From positions 1 to 62,168 of the IMG/VR virus record IMGVR_UViG_3300042887_001901: a stretch of DNA of 62,168 bases; one strand, 5' to 3'. The notes below the pieces were generated by a model that saw only the letters and a list, made by a program, of their open reading frames with translations, searched no databases and was not told the DNA's origin. Position numbers and translations under genes: made by a program. This DNA comes from a virus (lineage: Duplodnaviria; Caudoviricetes). Positions 1-9,007 of the stretch are shown in pieces. Each line of letters begins with the position of its first letter. Position 1 is the first letter of the stretch.

Positions 1-1
1 T

Positions 2-220
2 AAAACCGATGATGAAGGAGAAATTTATGGTGATGAACAAACCACAATAGTAGAAAACTGGTATTCTGATTACAAATCAGCAGCATCAGTAGAGCGTATT
101 GAAGCATTTATTAAATTAGGACGTCCTGATCCTGTAGCATATGCTGACGAAACAGGACCTGTAACATGGGAAGTAGCTAAGACTCATGTAGAACAAGTAT
201 TAGCTGAACACAATTCGTAA
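2..220 (+). CDS. queC: 7-cyano-7-deazaguanine synthase QueC, C-terminal part (5' truncated by window)
   Basis: Frame 2 reads ...WYSDYKSAASVERIEAFIKLGRPDPVAYADETGPVTWEVAKTHVEQVL*, the Bacteroidota-type QueC C-terminus; lies next to queE/folE. Confidence 0.75.
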   Translation, partial: KTDDEGEIYGDEQTTIVENWYSDYKSAASVERIEAFIKLGRPDPVAYADETGPVTWEVAKTHVEQVLAEHNS

Positions 221-239
221 ATAAAAACCAAATATAGTT

Positions 240-476
240 ATGAGTTATCAAACTAAAGTTCGTGCGAACTATTTAAACCGCACAGCAAAATTGTCATTCT
301 TCACTCACCGTCAAAAAACAGGTGATTTGACAAGATTATCAGAAGAGACAGGTTATTCAGTTAGCCATTTGTCTAATGTAACTAACGGTGCTCGTAGAGT
401 AAATGATACAATTGCTAACGCAATGTACAACTTGACAAGCCGCAGAATGAAAAAAGCTGAATTCGCTCAAGCGTAA
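240..476 (+). CDS. Small helix-turn-helix DNA-binding protein
   Basis: LTRLSEETGYSVSHLSNVTNGARRVN resembles an XRE-type HTH. Confidence 0.6.
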   Translation: MSYQTKVRANYLNRTAKLSFFTHRQKTGDLTRLSEETGYSVSHLSNVTNGARRVNDTIANAMYNLTSRRMKKAEFAQA

Positions 477-486
477 TTCGCAACCC

Positions 487-514
487 AACATCCCCCGAAA
501 GGGGGATGTTTTTT
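487..514 (+). terminator. Rho-independent terminator
   Basis: AACATCCCCC-GAAA-GGGGGATGTT followed by a T tract. Confidence 0.85.
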
Positions 515-530
515 ATTTTACTATTAAAAC

Positions 531-692
531 ATGGACAAAATGAAGTGTATTAAAAATAAAGAGACAGGTAACATTATTAGAGTTACTAATCAACAAGCCG
601 ACCAAATGGTAGGCCGTAAATGGTTATTTACGTCAAAATCAGAGTGGAAATCACAAGAAAGACCTACATCTAAAACAGAAGAAATAAAATAA
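531..692 (+). CDS. Small hypothetical protein (53 aa, not in ORF track)
   Basis: ATG..TAA open frame MDKMKCIKNKETGNIIRV..., tightly packed with neighbours. Confidence 0.55.
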   Translation: MDKMKCIKNKETGNIIRVTNQQADQMVGRKWLFTSKSEWKSQERPTSKTEEIK

Positions 693-693
693 T

Positions 694-828
694 ATGCACG
701 AGCTATTACATACAATAGAACATGCTTTAGGATTATGTGGTGAAAGACATATTAGCATTGTTGCTATAATCTCTGAGTGGCATAATTTTAGTCCTATATT
801 TAATTATATAAAAACAATATTCAAATGA
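694..828 (+). CDS. Small hypothetical protein (44 aa, not in ORF track)
   Basis: MHELLHTIEHALGLCGERH..., stop overlaps the queE start (ATGA). Confidence 0.5.
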   Translation: MHELLHTIEHALGLCGERHISIVAIISEWHNFSPIFNYIKTIFK

Positions 829-1673
829 GTAAAATTGACCCTCATAAACTACTTATCAGTAGTGATTTCTATACAATACAGGGTGAGGGTATCTCATCAG
901 GTATCCCTGCATACTTTGTCCGTTTAGGTATTTGTAACCTAACTTGTGGTATGTCTCGTGCATTTACTAATATGTTAGCTAAAGAAGCTAAATTAGAAGA
1001 CGGAGAGATATTCGAAGGTGATTTAGTTAAGGAAGGTAAAGCTACCTGGACTTGTGATTCTACATCTCAGTGGTTATGGAGAGGTGAAGATAAAGAGTTC
1101 CAATATCTAATTGATAGATGGAAAGAAGAAGGTGTATATGATGATATAAACCGTGGTACTGTTCATATTATTTGGACAGGTGGTGAACCAACAATTAAAG
1201 GTCATCAAGAAGCAATTGTTAATTTTAACAACTATTGGGGTAATATTATGTCACAGGGCACTAGCTGGCATGAATTTATTCCATTCCAAGAAATTGAAAC
1301 TAATGGTACTATAGTAATTGATTTACCTTTATTTAATATACTAGATCAAATCAACTGTTCACCTAAATTAGCTAATTCAGGTATGACTGAGAAACAACGT
1401 ATTGTACCAGAGGCTATTCAACGTATAATGCATCATGATAACTACCAATTTAAGTTCGTTATTAGCACTGAAGATGATGTATTAGAATTATTCCGTGACT
1501 TTGTAGTACCATTTAATATACCGCTTAAAAACGTTGTTTGTATGCCTGGTTTAGATGATGCTTCTAACTTTGAAGAGCGTACTCGATTCGTAATGGAAAT
1601 GGCTAAGAAATATAGATTTAGAGGATTAACTAGATTGCATATTGCAGCTTGGGATAAAACATTAAACGTATAA
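825..1673 (+). CDS. queE: 7-carboxy-7-deazaguanine synthase QueE (radical SAM)
   Basis: FYTIQGEG, FVRLGICNLTC...CDS, TGGEP, IETNG, CSPKL, RLH motifs. Confidence 0.9.
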   Translation: MSKIDPHKLLISSDFYTIQGEGISSGIPAYFVRLGICNLTCGMSRAFTNMLAKEAKLEDGEIFEGDLVKEGKATWTCDSTSQWLWRGEDKEFQYLIDRWKEEGVYDDINRGTVHIIWTGGEPTIKGHQEAIVNFNNYWGNIMSQGTSWHEFIPFQEIETNGTIVIDLPLFNILDQINCSPKLANSGMTEKQRIVPEAIQRIMHHDNYQFKFVISTEDDVLELFRDFVVPFNIPLKNVVCMPGLDDASNFEERTRFVMEMAKKYRFRGLTRLHIAAWDKTLNV

Positions 1674-1674
1674 A

Positions 1675-2151
1675 ATGACTGATAAACTAGATCCAGACTT
1701 TATGTACAACTGGATTAGAGAAAAAAGTGGTAAAACAACAAAAATGGAAAATAAACAAATAACAATGTGGACTTGTCAATTCTGTAGTAAGGACACTTCA
1801 AACGTAGATTACGATTACTTAAATGGTTATGATCATTTATCTTGCGCTTTAGAAGCAGAAAATAAAACTAAAGCAAATGAATTTGATCACTGTGTATTAT
1901 GTGGAGTAGAAACAGCATACAAACGCTCTACTCATATTGATATGAGAATTGGTTATGTTGAAGGTGCAGGGCAATTATGTTCTAAATGTTATCATTTTGA
2001 TACAGTTTCAGTTACAAAAGATGAAAATCCTATTCCTTTAGATTCTCATAGACAACTATTTACAGTATCTGAGTACATGGTTTTAAGTACTCCAAACGAT
2101 CAAGAGTTGGGAGCCAAAGTAAGACAATTATATTGGGAAAATAAAAAATAA
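1675..2151 (+). CDS. Hypothetical Cys-rich (zinc-binding) phage protein
   Basis: CQFC, CVLC, CSKC; C-terminal TPNDQELGAKVR. Confidence 0.6.
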   Translation: MTDKLDPDFMYNWIREKSGKTTKMENKQITMWTCQFCSKDTSNVDYDYLNGYDHLSCALEAENKTKANEFDHCVLCGVETAYKRSTHIDMRIGYVEGAGQLCSKCYHFDTVSVTKDENPIPLDSHRQLFTVSEYMVLSTPNDQELGAKVRQLYWENKK

Positions 2152-2157
2152 AAACAA

Positions 2158-2790
2158 ATGAATTTATTAGGAAAATCAAATGGTAACTTAGCTCGTACAC
2201 CAGAAGAAATCGAGCAAATGATTGATCAAGCAGCAGTAGCATACGGGCATTTCCTTAATGCAGTAGGATTTGATTACACAGCAGATAGACAAACAGTAGA
2301 TACACCAAGACGTGTAGCAAAAGCGTGGTTAAAAGATTTAATTGTAGGTTCTGTTACTGACGAACCAAACATTACAGTATTTCCTAATGATGAAGGGTAC
2401 GATGGATTAGTAATTCAATCAGGTATTCCTATTGTTAGTATGTGTGCTCACCATAACTTAGCATTTACAGGTTATGCTACAGTAGCTTATGTACCAGCAG
2501 AAAACGTTATTGGTTTAAGTAAATTAAATAGAATTGTTGAATGGTTTGGACGTAGACCACAAATGCAAGAGTCATTAACAACTCAAATTCATGATTATAT
2601 TGCTGACAAAATGATATGTAATTCAGTAGCAGTTAGTATTGCTTGTAAGCATACATGTTGCTCACATAGAGGTATTAAGCATGGTTCTGTAATGACTACA
2701 AATAAATTTAGTGGTGTGTTTATGGAGAAAGATAATTTAATTAGAGAAGAATTTCTACACGCTATCGAAGTAAATGGAACAAAATTCTAA
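2158..2790 (+). CDS. folE: GTP cyclohydrolase I
   Basis: TPRRVAKAW, SMCAHH, GLSKLNR, RRPQMQE, HTCCSHRG motifs. Confidence 0.95.
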   Translation: MNLLGKSNGNLARTPEEIEQMIDQAAVAYGHFLNAVGFDYTADRQTVDTPRRVAKAWLKDLIVGSVTDEPNITVFPNDEGYDGLVIQSGIPIVSMCAHHNLAFTGYATVAYVPAENVIGLSKLNRIVEWFGRRPQMQESLTTQIHDYIADKMICNSVAVSIACKHTCCSHRGIKHGSVMTTNKFSGVFMEKDNLIREEFLHAIEVNGTKF

Positions 2791-2791
2791 T

Positions 2792-2956
2792 ATGCAACCT
2801 AAAGAATCAAATTCAGCTAAACATTTCTATATTAGTTTAGCAAAATCAACTTTAAGAATACTTGCAGGGGTCGTGTTAATGACCTCTGGAGATTTACTTA
2901 AAGCAGGTGCTTTATTAGTAGTTGCTGAAGTACTAGGAATAGCTGAGGAGCTTTAA
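2792..2956 (+). CDS. Small membrane protein
   Basis: Hydrophobic, ends AEVLGIAEEL; start placed at the ATG after the folE stop. Confidence 0.6.
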   Translation: MQPKESNSAKHFYISLAKSTLRILAGVVLMTSGDLLKAGALLVVAEVLGIAEEL

Positions 2957-2969
2957 TATATTTATTTAT

Positions 2970-3380
2970 ATGGCATACTCAGATAAAGTAATAGCACATT
3001 ACGAAAACCCACGTAACATCGGCACATTAGATAAATCTAAAGCAAATGTTGGTACAGGATTAGTCGGAGCTCCGGAATGTGGAGACGTAATGCGTTTACA
3101 AATAGAAGTAGAAAATAATATAATTGTTGATGCTAAATTCAAAACATTTGGATGTGGTTCAGCAATTGCATCTTCTTCAGTAGCAACTGAATGGCTAAAA
3201 GGTAAGACATTAGACGAAGCTATTACTATAGATAACATGGATTTAGTAGAGGAATTAAATTTACCTCCAGTTAAAATTCACTGTTCAGTTTTAGCAGAAG
3301 ACGCAATCAAAGCAGCTATTAATGATTATCGAGTAAAACAAGGTTTAGAGGCAATTATATTTGAAGAATCACATATTTAA
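2970..3380 (+). CDS. iscU: Fe-S cluster scaffold IscU
   Basis: GAPECGDVM, FGCGSAIAS, LPPVKIHCS. Confidence 0.95.
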   Translation: MAYSDKVIAHYENPRNIGTLDKSKANVGTGLVGAPECGDVMRLQIEVENNIIVDAKFKTFGCGSAIASSSVATEWLKGKTLDEAITIDNMDLVEELNLPPVKIHCSVLAEDAIKAAINDYRVKQGLEAIIFEESHI

Positions 3381-3703
3381 TGATTACAGTATCAGAAACA
3401 GCAGCAATAAAATTAAATTCACTAATTGAAGAAAGTGGATTTCAAACTCCATTTGTTAGAGTATCTGTTAAAGGAGGTGGATGTAGTGGATTATCTTATG
3501 ATTTATCCTTTGATACTGAACAACTCCCCTCGGATACATTAGCAGAAGATAAAGGCGTAAAAATACTTGTAGATATGAAATCTCTATTGTATCTTTATGG
3601 CACTGAATTAGAATTTAGTGGTGGGTTAAATGGTAAAGGATTTCAATTTATTAATCCAAATGCTTCACGAACCTGTGGTTGCGGTGAATCATTTGCAGTA
3701 TAA
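3380..3703 (+). CDS. iscA: A-type Fe-S carrier (IscA/SufA/HesB family)
   Basis: GGGCSGLSY and TCGCGESF. Confidence 0.92.
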   Translation: MITVSETAAIKLNSLIEESGFQTPFVRVSVKGGGCSGLSYDLSFDTEQLPSDTLAEDKGVKILVDMKSLLYLYGTELEFSGGLNGKGFQFINPNASRTCGCGESFAV

Positions 3704-3714
3704 AAAATAAAGTT

Positions 3715-4236
3715 ATGTTAAACGCAAAACAAATTATTGACGAAGGACTATTATTACTAGAACATGCACAAGGCAAACCAGCACAAGTTGGTTATGATAT
3801 TACCTTAAAAGCAGTAAATAAAATTGGTAACAGAATTGGTTATAACATGTTTAAGGAAGGTAGAATTGGTAAAGTATTAAAAGATAAAACTGAATTAACT
3901 ACTTATACTTTACAAAATACTATTATGTTAGATGGTGTTGAAGGATGGTTATTGCACGATGGTGTATATGATATTACATTTAATGAAGGTTGTAAAATCC
4001 CTGAAAATCGTGTAGCATTTATTAAACAACGCTCATCATTGTATCGTAATGGTGCAATTATTAATAGCCCTGTATTTGATCCAGGGTTTGAAACAGAAAA
4101 TATGGGCACATTATTGTACGTTCATGAGCCATTATTTATTGAATTAAATGCTCGTGTTGCTCAAATTTATTTCCACGAATGTGAACCTGCCGAAAAATAT
4201 GATGGTCAATGGCAGAATGATAAGCAAAGATTATAG
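3715..4236 (+). CDS. Trimeric dUTPase / dCTP deaminase family protein
   Basis: GYDITL, RSSLYRNG, FDPGF, RVAQI, YDGQWQ. Confidence 0.85.
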   Translation: MLNAKQIIDEGLLLLEHAQGKPAQVGYDITLKAVNKIGNRIGYNMFKEGRIGKVLKDKTELTTYTLQNTIMLDGVEGWLLHDGVYDITFNEGCKIPENRVAFIKQRSSLYRNGAIINSPVFDPGFETENMGTLLYVHEPLFIELNARVAQIYFHECEPAEKYDGQWQNDKQRL

Positions 4237-4269
4237 TTAGCGTATATTTATATGTAAAGCATATTCATT

Positions 4270-4539
4270 TTGAGAAATAACTCTTTATTAGGATCAACAT
4301 CTAGGCTTTCAGGTAAACCTGCTAAACCATACACAGTTGGTTTAAGCATTATAGATGATAAGACCATAGATGGTGCTGGAGGTGTATATTATCTTAGCCA
4401 AACAGTAGCAGGTGGTGGTGATGGTAACCAAGAACTTAAAAGTTACTATACTCCTTTAGATGATATTGCTGGAAATGGTTATTATGATATAGAAAATAAT
4501 TCTACTTATTATAACGTTGTTTCTGAACCCATTATTTAA
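4270..4539 (+). CDS. Hypothetical protein
   Basis: ORF track (TTG start), downstream of an ATATTTAT box. Confidence 0.45.
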   Translation: MRNNSLLGSTSRLSGKPAKPYTVGLSIIDDKTIDGAGGVYYLSQTVAGGGDGNQELKSYYTPLDDIAGNGYYDIENNSTYYNVVSEPII

Positions 4540-4554
4540 TAATATTTACAAATT

Positions 4555-5283
4555 ATGTCATTAATAAAAAGAACAGTAAAAGGAAGCCCACTAACATTCG
4601 CTGAGGGTGACGCTAACTTAGATTATTTAGAAGCATTAGCCCTTAGTACAAGCTCACTTGCTACTACAGGATCTAATGTATTTAGAGCAAATCAAACCAT
4701 CATTGGAGGTTCTCTATATGTTCAAGCAGCTACTGTAACTGCTGGTGCTTTTGAAGCAACTCAAAATAACTTCATAGAACTTTCACTTCAAAACTCATCA
4801 ATAGGCCCTTCAGCATCCGCTGATTTTGTTGTTTATGGTGATAATGGTACTTTATTTGATCACTATATTGATATGGGTATTAATAACAGTGGATTAGCTT
4901 CTGACTTTCAATACGGTAGTACATTTTTAGGAAGAGCAGATGATGCTTATTTATATCACGTTGGTGGTAATTTTAAAATAGGTACTGCTACTACATCATC
5001 AATCTCCCAATCATTATACTTATTTGCTAATCCTTCAGGAAATATAGATTTAGCAATTACAGGTAGCAGAGTAGGTATCAGAAAATCAGGTTCATTAAAT
5101 GCTACTTTAGATGTGAATGGTAGTGCTATTATAACAGGTAGTTTAACAGTAACAACAATTACAACATTCCCATTAGTATCATCAAGCTATGAATTTGCAA
5201 ACGATTACTCAGCATCACTCGGTGGTATCCCATTGGGAGGATTATATCACACCTCAGGGGTAATAAGAATTAGATTGGCATAA
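4555..5283 (+). CDS. Putative virion fibre/decoration protein
   Basis: N-terminal KRTVKGSPLTFAEGDANLDYL and C-terminal GGIPLGGLYHTSG resemble phage fibre proteins; Gly/Ser/Thr-rich. Confidence 0.55.
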   Translation: MSLIKRTVKGSPLTFAEGDANLDYLEALALSTSSLATTGSNVFRANQTIIGGSLYVQAATVTAGAFEATQNNFIELSLQNSSIGPSASADFVVYGDNGTLFDHYIDMGINNSGLASDFQYGSTFLGRADDAYLYHVGGNFKIGTATTSSISQSLYLFANPSGNIDLAITGSRVGIRKSGSLNATLDVNGSAIITGSLTVTTITTFPLVSSSYEFANDYSASLGGIPLGGLYHTSGVIRIRLA

Positions 5284-5285
5284 AA

Positions 5286-5320
5286 TTTGATTCTGGCAAG
5301 ATAATATCTTATATTTAAGG
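5286..5320 (+). promoter_or_regulatory. GGCA-box promoter upstream of DNA polymerase
   Basis: TTTG..TGGCA-N9-CTTATATTTAAG, same architecture as the repeated motif at 36-62 kb. Confidence 0.55.
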
Positions 5321-5321
5321 T

Positions 5322-7892
5322 ATGTATCAAGCAATTTATTACGATAGGTCTACCTACACATTCAATTTACGTGACGACAAGACTGGTTGGAGCGAATTCA
5401 AATATCATCGCCCACGATTTAAGATTGATCCTAATGGACAATACCAAACATTAGATGGTAAGCGTGCTAACGCTATAACCAAATATGATTGGAAAGATAA
5501 TTCATTATATGAATCTGACTTAGACGCTTATACATCAGTACTAATTGATAGATATAAAGACAGTGATGATGCTGCTGAATGGCAGAACATTGTTTACTTT
5601 GATATTGAGTGTGAGATTGCAGGTGCATTAACACCTGAGCTTATTAAGAATGCTCCTACTAAAATTACCTCTATAGCTGTTTATGATAATACTACTCAAA
5701 AGTATTACTGTTTAATTTTAGATGAAAAACAACAGCTACAAACTGTTAATGAGGAAAATAGAGCTATTATTCCATTTCCTCATGAGCATGATTTACTACA
5801 TGCCTTTCTTAACTTATGGGAACAATTAGATCCTACTATTATTACAGGATGGAATACAGAATATTTTGACGTTCCGTTCTTATACTATAGAATAGAAAAT
5901 CAACTAGGTACTATTGATGCTGCTCGTATGTCTCCTTTACGTAAAGTAAAATTTGGAACATATTCACATGATGCTCCTGTAGAATTAGCAGGATTAAATC
6001 ATTTGGATTATATGTTATTATTTAAAAAATATAATGCAAAACAAGAACCATCTTACAAACTAGGTGATATAGGAGAGAAATATGCTAACTTAGCTAAGAT
6101 TGAATATGAAGGTAATTTAGATAGATTATTCAATGAGGATATAAATAAATTTATTGAGTATAATATTCGTGACGTTGAAATTCTTATTGAATTAGAAAAA
6201 CGATTCAAATTTATAGAATTAACAATTGCAATTTGCCATTTATGTCATGTGCCTTACGAGCAAATTTACTTATCAACAGCATTGAATGATGGAGCTATAT
6301 TAACATATCTAAAACGTCAAAATATAGTTTCACCAAATAAACCCACTACAATTCGACCTGCATTGTATGACATCAAGGAAGAATACGCTGGTGGGTACTT
6401 AAAAGACCCAGTACCAGGATTATATGAATGGGTTATTGATTTGGATTTTACGTCGCTGTATCCGTCAATTATACGCTCACTTAATATTGGTATTGAAACA
6501 TACATTGGACGTATAGTTAATAAAGATAAATACGATAATAATTGGACATTAGATGATCTTAAAGGAATGGATTATGAGCAATTAGTTACTATTGAGCGTC
6601 TAAAAGATGATAAAACAACATCACAAAGCGAAATTAAAGTAGGTCAAATTATTGATTACATTGAGCAAGGAGGAATGATGATTGCAGCGTCAGGTGCTAT
6701 CTTTAGAACTGATAAACCATCTGTAGTATGTGAGGTATTAACTGACTGGTTTAATAAACGTGTTGAATATAAAAACTTAATGAAGAAAGCCTATAAAGCA
6801 GGTGATGCTGTTAAAGGTGAATTTTATAATAGACGACAACACGCTTATAAAATTAAATTGAATGACCTTTATGGCTGCTATGCCATTAATGGTTGGCGCT
6901 ATACAGATGGCCATAAAATTATTTCTAAAGCAATTACACTTACAGGCCAGCGTGTTACTCAGGAATCTATTAAGTTTATAAATGCCTGGATGAATGAACA
7001 ATTAGGTACTACTGATAAAGACTATGTTGTTACTTCAGACACCGATTCATTATTTATTCAGGTTAAAGATTTAGTATTACAACGTTATCCTGAAACTAAA
7101 ACTAAGGATGAATATATTAAAGCTGTATTAGAGATTGCTACTGAGGTACAAAAATATGCTAATGCTAATATTGAACGTGTAGCTAGAGAAAAATTCAATA
7201 TTAAGGGTGATCATTACTTCGAATTAAAACAAGAGGTGGTTATTGAAAGAGGTTACTTTGCAGGTAAAAGACGTTATGCAATGTATATTGTAAATAAGGA
7301 AGGTGTTACTGTTGATGAAATGGTAATGATGGGTCTTGATCTAATGAAGTCAAACATGACTCCAATGTATCGTAAATTTGGAGAGGAGTTACTAAAACAA
7401 ATCATGTTTGGTGCCCCTAAATCAGATATTGATAAACGTATACTTGACTTTAAAAAATATGTTAAAGACTTACCATTAGGAGATATAGCAAAACCAACTG
7501 GAGTAAAACAAGTAGCATCATATATTGATCGTAAACCGGGTATTGGTGAGATATTTAGTACATTAAAATTAAAATGTCCTATTAATACTAAAGCAGCAGT
7601 ATGGTATAATGACCTATTACGCTTTAAGAAATTAGATAAAAAATACCCATGTTTTAGAGAAGGTGATAAAATGAGATATATTCAATTAAAAGATAATCCA
7701 TATAGAATTGATGTAATAGGATTTACAGGTAATGACCCTGAATTCATAGTTGAATTTATGGATAAGTATGCTGATAGAGAACAGGGATTCGAATCATCAT
7801 TGATGAATAAATTAGTAGGTATTTATGAGGATTTAGGATGGGTATTCCCATCGATGCATGAGAAAGCAGGTAAATTCTTTAAATTTGATTAG
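5322..7892 (+). CDS. Family B DNA polymerase (T4 gp43-like)
   Basis: Exo I YFDIE, Exo II GWNTEYFD, YNIRDV, DFTSLYPSII, KIKLNDLYG, SDTDS, KRRYA. Confidence 0.95.
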   Translation: MYQAIYYDRSTYTFNLRDDKTGWSEFKYHRPRFKIDPNGQYQTLDGKRANAITKYDWKDNSLYESDLDAYTSVLIDRYKDSDDAAEWQNIVYFDIECEIAGALTPELIKNAPTKITSIAVYDNTTQKYYCLILDEKQQLQTVNEENRAIIPFPHEHDLLHAFLNLWEQLDPTIITGWNTEYFDVPFLYYRIENQLGTIDAARMSPLRKVKFGTYSHDAPVELAGLNHLDYMLLFKKYNAKQEPSYKLGDIGEKYANLAKIEYEGNLDRLFNEDINKFIEYNIRDVEILIELEKRFKFIELTIAICHLCHVPYEQIYLSTALNDGAILTYLKRQNIVSPNKPTTIRPALYDIKEEYAGGYLKDPVPGLYEWVIDLDFTSLYPSIIRSLNIGIETYIGRIVNKDKYDNNWTLDDLKGMDYEQLVTIERLKDDKTTSQSEIKVGQIIDYIEQGGMMIAASGAIFRTDKPSVVCEVLTDWFNKRVEYKNLMKKAYKAGDAVKGEFYNRRQHAYKIKLNDLYGCYAINGWRYTDGHKIISKAITLTGQRVTQESIKFINAWMNEQLGTTDKDYVVTSDTDSLFIQVKDLVLQRYPETKTKDEYIKAVLEIATEVQKYANANIERVAREKFNIKGDHYFELKQEVVIERGYFAGKRRYAMYIVNKEGVTVDEMVMMGLDLMKSNMTPMYRKFGEELLKQIMFGAPKSDIDKRILDFKKYVKDLPLGDIAKPTGVKQVASYIDRKPGIGEIFSTLKLKCPINTKAAVWYNDLLRFKKLDKKYPCFREGDKMRYIQLKDNPYRIDVIGFTGNDPEFIVEFMDKYADREQGFESSLMNKLVGIYEDLGWVFPSMHEKAGKFFKFD

Positions 7893-7919
7893 TCACAATA
7901 AAGGTTATATATTCACGTT

Positions 7920-8258
7920 ATGGAAATAATTTATGGTATTATGTATGGTCTATTAGGCCAAGTCGGATCGTTTATGCAACTACAAGGTGCAATGAAATTA
8001 GGTTGGTACCCAAAATACTTTTGGCCTGTCCTACTTATGAGTGTACCTTTAAGTTGGTTATATATCAAATCCGTAGAACACTTTGTAGCAGCATTTGATG
8101 GTCAACTATGGCCTAGTCGATTAATTGGGTTTGGTTTAGGTATAACAATCTTTAGCATAATGAGTCATTTCTTATTTAAAGAACCACTTACACCTAAAAC
8201 ACTAGTGTGTATAGGATTAGGAGTAACAATTATATTAATACAAATACTTTGGAAATAA
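7920..8258 (+). CDS. Small multi-pass membrane protein (DMT/EamA-like)
   Basis: Four hydrophobic segments; FLFKEPLTPKTLVCIGL ending typical of SMR/DMT proteins. Confidence 0.55.
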   Translation: MEIIYGIMYGLLGQVGSFMQLQGAMKLGWYPKYFWPVLLMSVPLSWLYIKSVEHFVAAFDGQLWPSRLIGFGLGITIFSIMSHFLFKEPLTPKTLVCIGLGVTIILIQILWK

Positions 8259-8259
8259 T

Positions 8260-8982
8260 ATGGAAAAACAATCATTAACATCAATCATAGACAAGTACTA
8301 CCTAAATGGTATAGGCGAAAAAGTAAAATGGACAGTTAAAGACAACATTGTTACTATTAAGACATTCTCACCTACTAAAGATATGGTAGGGGTAGTTACT
8401 GCTCCATTCGAATTTCCAGATAGTGAATTTGTAATATTCGATACGTCCAAATTTTTAAAGCTTGTCGGGATATGTAATCAATTCCTTACTATGGATATAC
8501 AGCTTGAAGGTAAAATAGCAACTAAACTATTATTAGCCGACAGCGAATATAACTTAGAGTACGCTTTAGCAAACTTAATGTTAGCACCAAACGTTAACTT
8601 TACAGTTAGTGAATTTGAAAGCGACTATGAATTTACTATTGATAATGAATTTATTAACAATTGGATCAAAGCTAAAAAAGCATTAAATTCAGATACAACA
8701 ATATTAAAAGCATACACAAACGAGGATAGTGAACATAAGGTAAACTTTACATTAGGCGAGCCCGAAGGACACTCAAATAAAATACAATTTGAAATACCAA
8801 TTACAGAATTAGTAGTAGATAGTACTACATTAAAATTCAATGCGGACTATTTAAAAGCTATATTTGATGCTAACTATGGAGCAGTAGGTAATGCTTATGT
8901 TTCAAATGATGGTGCTATGAAATTAGATTTCATGACAGAAGATGGTCAACAATCTTCTTATATAATTCTCGCGAAAATATAA
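8260..8982 (+). CDS. Sliding clamp (T4 gp45-like)
   Basis: 240 aa acidic beta-rich protein with IFDTSKFLKL and LKFNADYLK, located between polymerase and clamp loader. Confidence 0.65.
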   Translation: MEKQSLTSIIDKYYLNGIGEKVKWTVKDNIVTIKTFSPTKDMVGVVTAPFEFPDSEFVIFDTSKFLKLVGICNQFLTMDIQLEGKIATKLLLADSEYNLEYALANLMLAPNVNFTVSEFESDYEFTIDNEFINNWIKAKKALNSDTTILKAYTNEDSEHKVNFTLGEPEGHSNKIQFEIPITELVVDSTTLKFNADYLKAIFDANYGAVGNAYVSNDGAMKLDFMTEDGQQSSYIILAKI

Positions 8983-9007
8983 TCTTGGATATATTTATAT
9001 TTGAGAT

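Noticed and set aside
5322-7892. Intron or intein in the DNA polymerase
   Set aside because: Continuous 856-aa ORF of normal length with no splice or intein motifs
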